Below are positions 63,773-64,000 of a stretch of DNA of 64,000 bases, piece after piece (the first letter of the stretch is position 1; each line of letters starts with the position of its first letter). The stretch spans positions 124,001 through 188,000 of the forward strand of contig JAWQFM010000012.1 in NCBI GenBank assembly GCA_033442325.1. Direction: 5' to 3'. The notes beneath the pieces were generated by a model. It worked only from the letters and a program-made list of their open reading frames with translations, searched no databases and was not told the origin of the DNA. The DNA comes from Salpingoeca rosetta. Its lineage: Eukaryota > Protista > Choanoflagellata. The translations under genes were made by a program, and so were the position numbers.

Positions 63773-64000
63773 CACTTAATTGATTCTCTGTTTAGACTTT
63801 CGATATACCTTTGGTTTGCCGAAAGATCACAAAAATATAATATATCTCGTGTAGGGCCGCTGGATCTGCTCTCAGAAGAGACATGATAGTGGGGTGGCGT
63901 TCACCTGGTGTTTGGTTGTTTCTCTCCTCACCTCTGCTCACTCTGCTTATACTTCATTCTAAAGTCTGCTCTGCTTACCTCTGCATACCTCTGCCTACCT

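Overview
Gene-dense, GC-rich eukaryotic DNA with many short introns full of (GT)n/(CA)n microsatellites. The style and gene content suggest a choanoflagellate such as Salpingoeca rosetta (inference). Nearly all ORF-track entries are repeat or antisense artefacts, so genes were rebuilt by splicing by eye and exon boundaries are approximate. In order: FANCM (-, runs off the left edge), SPT16 (-), a PWWP-C2H2-ELM2-SANT-GATA chromatin protein (+), UFM1 (-), INPP5E (+), an S28 serine peptidase (+), a hydroxylysine-kinase-like gene (-), a LIM-kinase-like kinase with no visible LIM/PDZ domains (+), SRP68 (+), NF-YA (-), IFT81 (+), NDUFA5 (-), an intronless secreted 7-repeat beta-propeller gene (+), an orphan first exon (-) and an intron-containing tRNA-Met (+). 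There are three assembly gaps. The best leads are complementary GT/CA repeats framing introns, the MTA/RERE-like protein with PWWP in place of BAH, the propeller gene, and a structured insert in an INPP5E intron.
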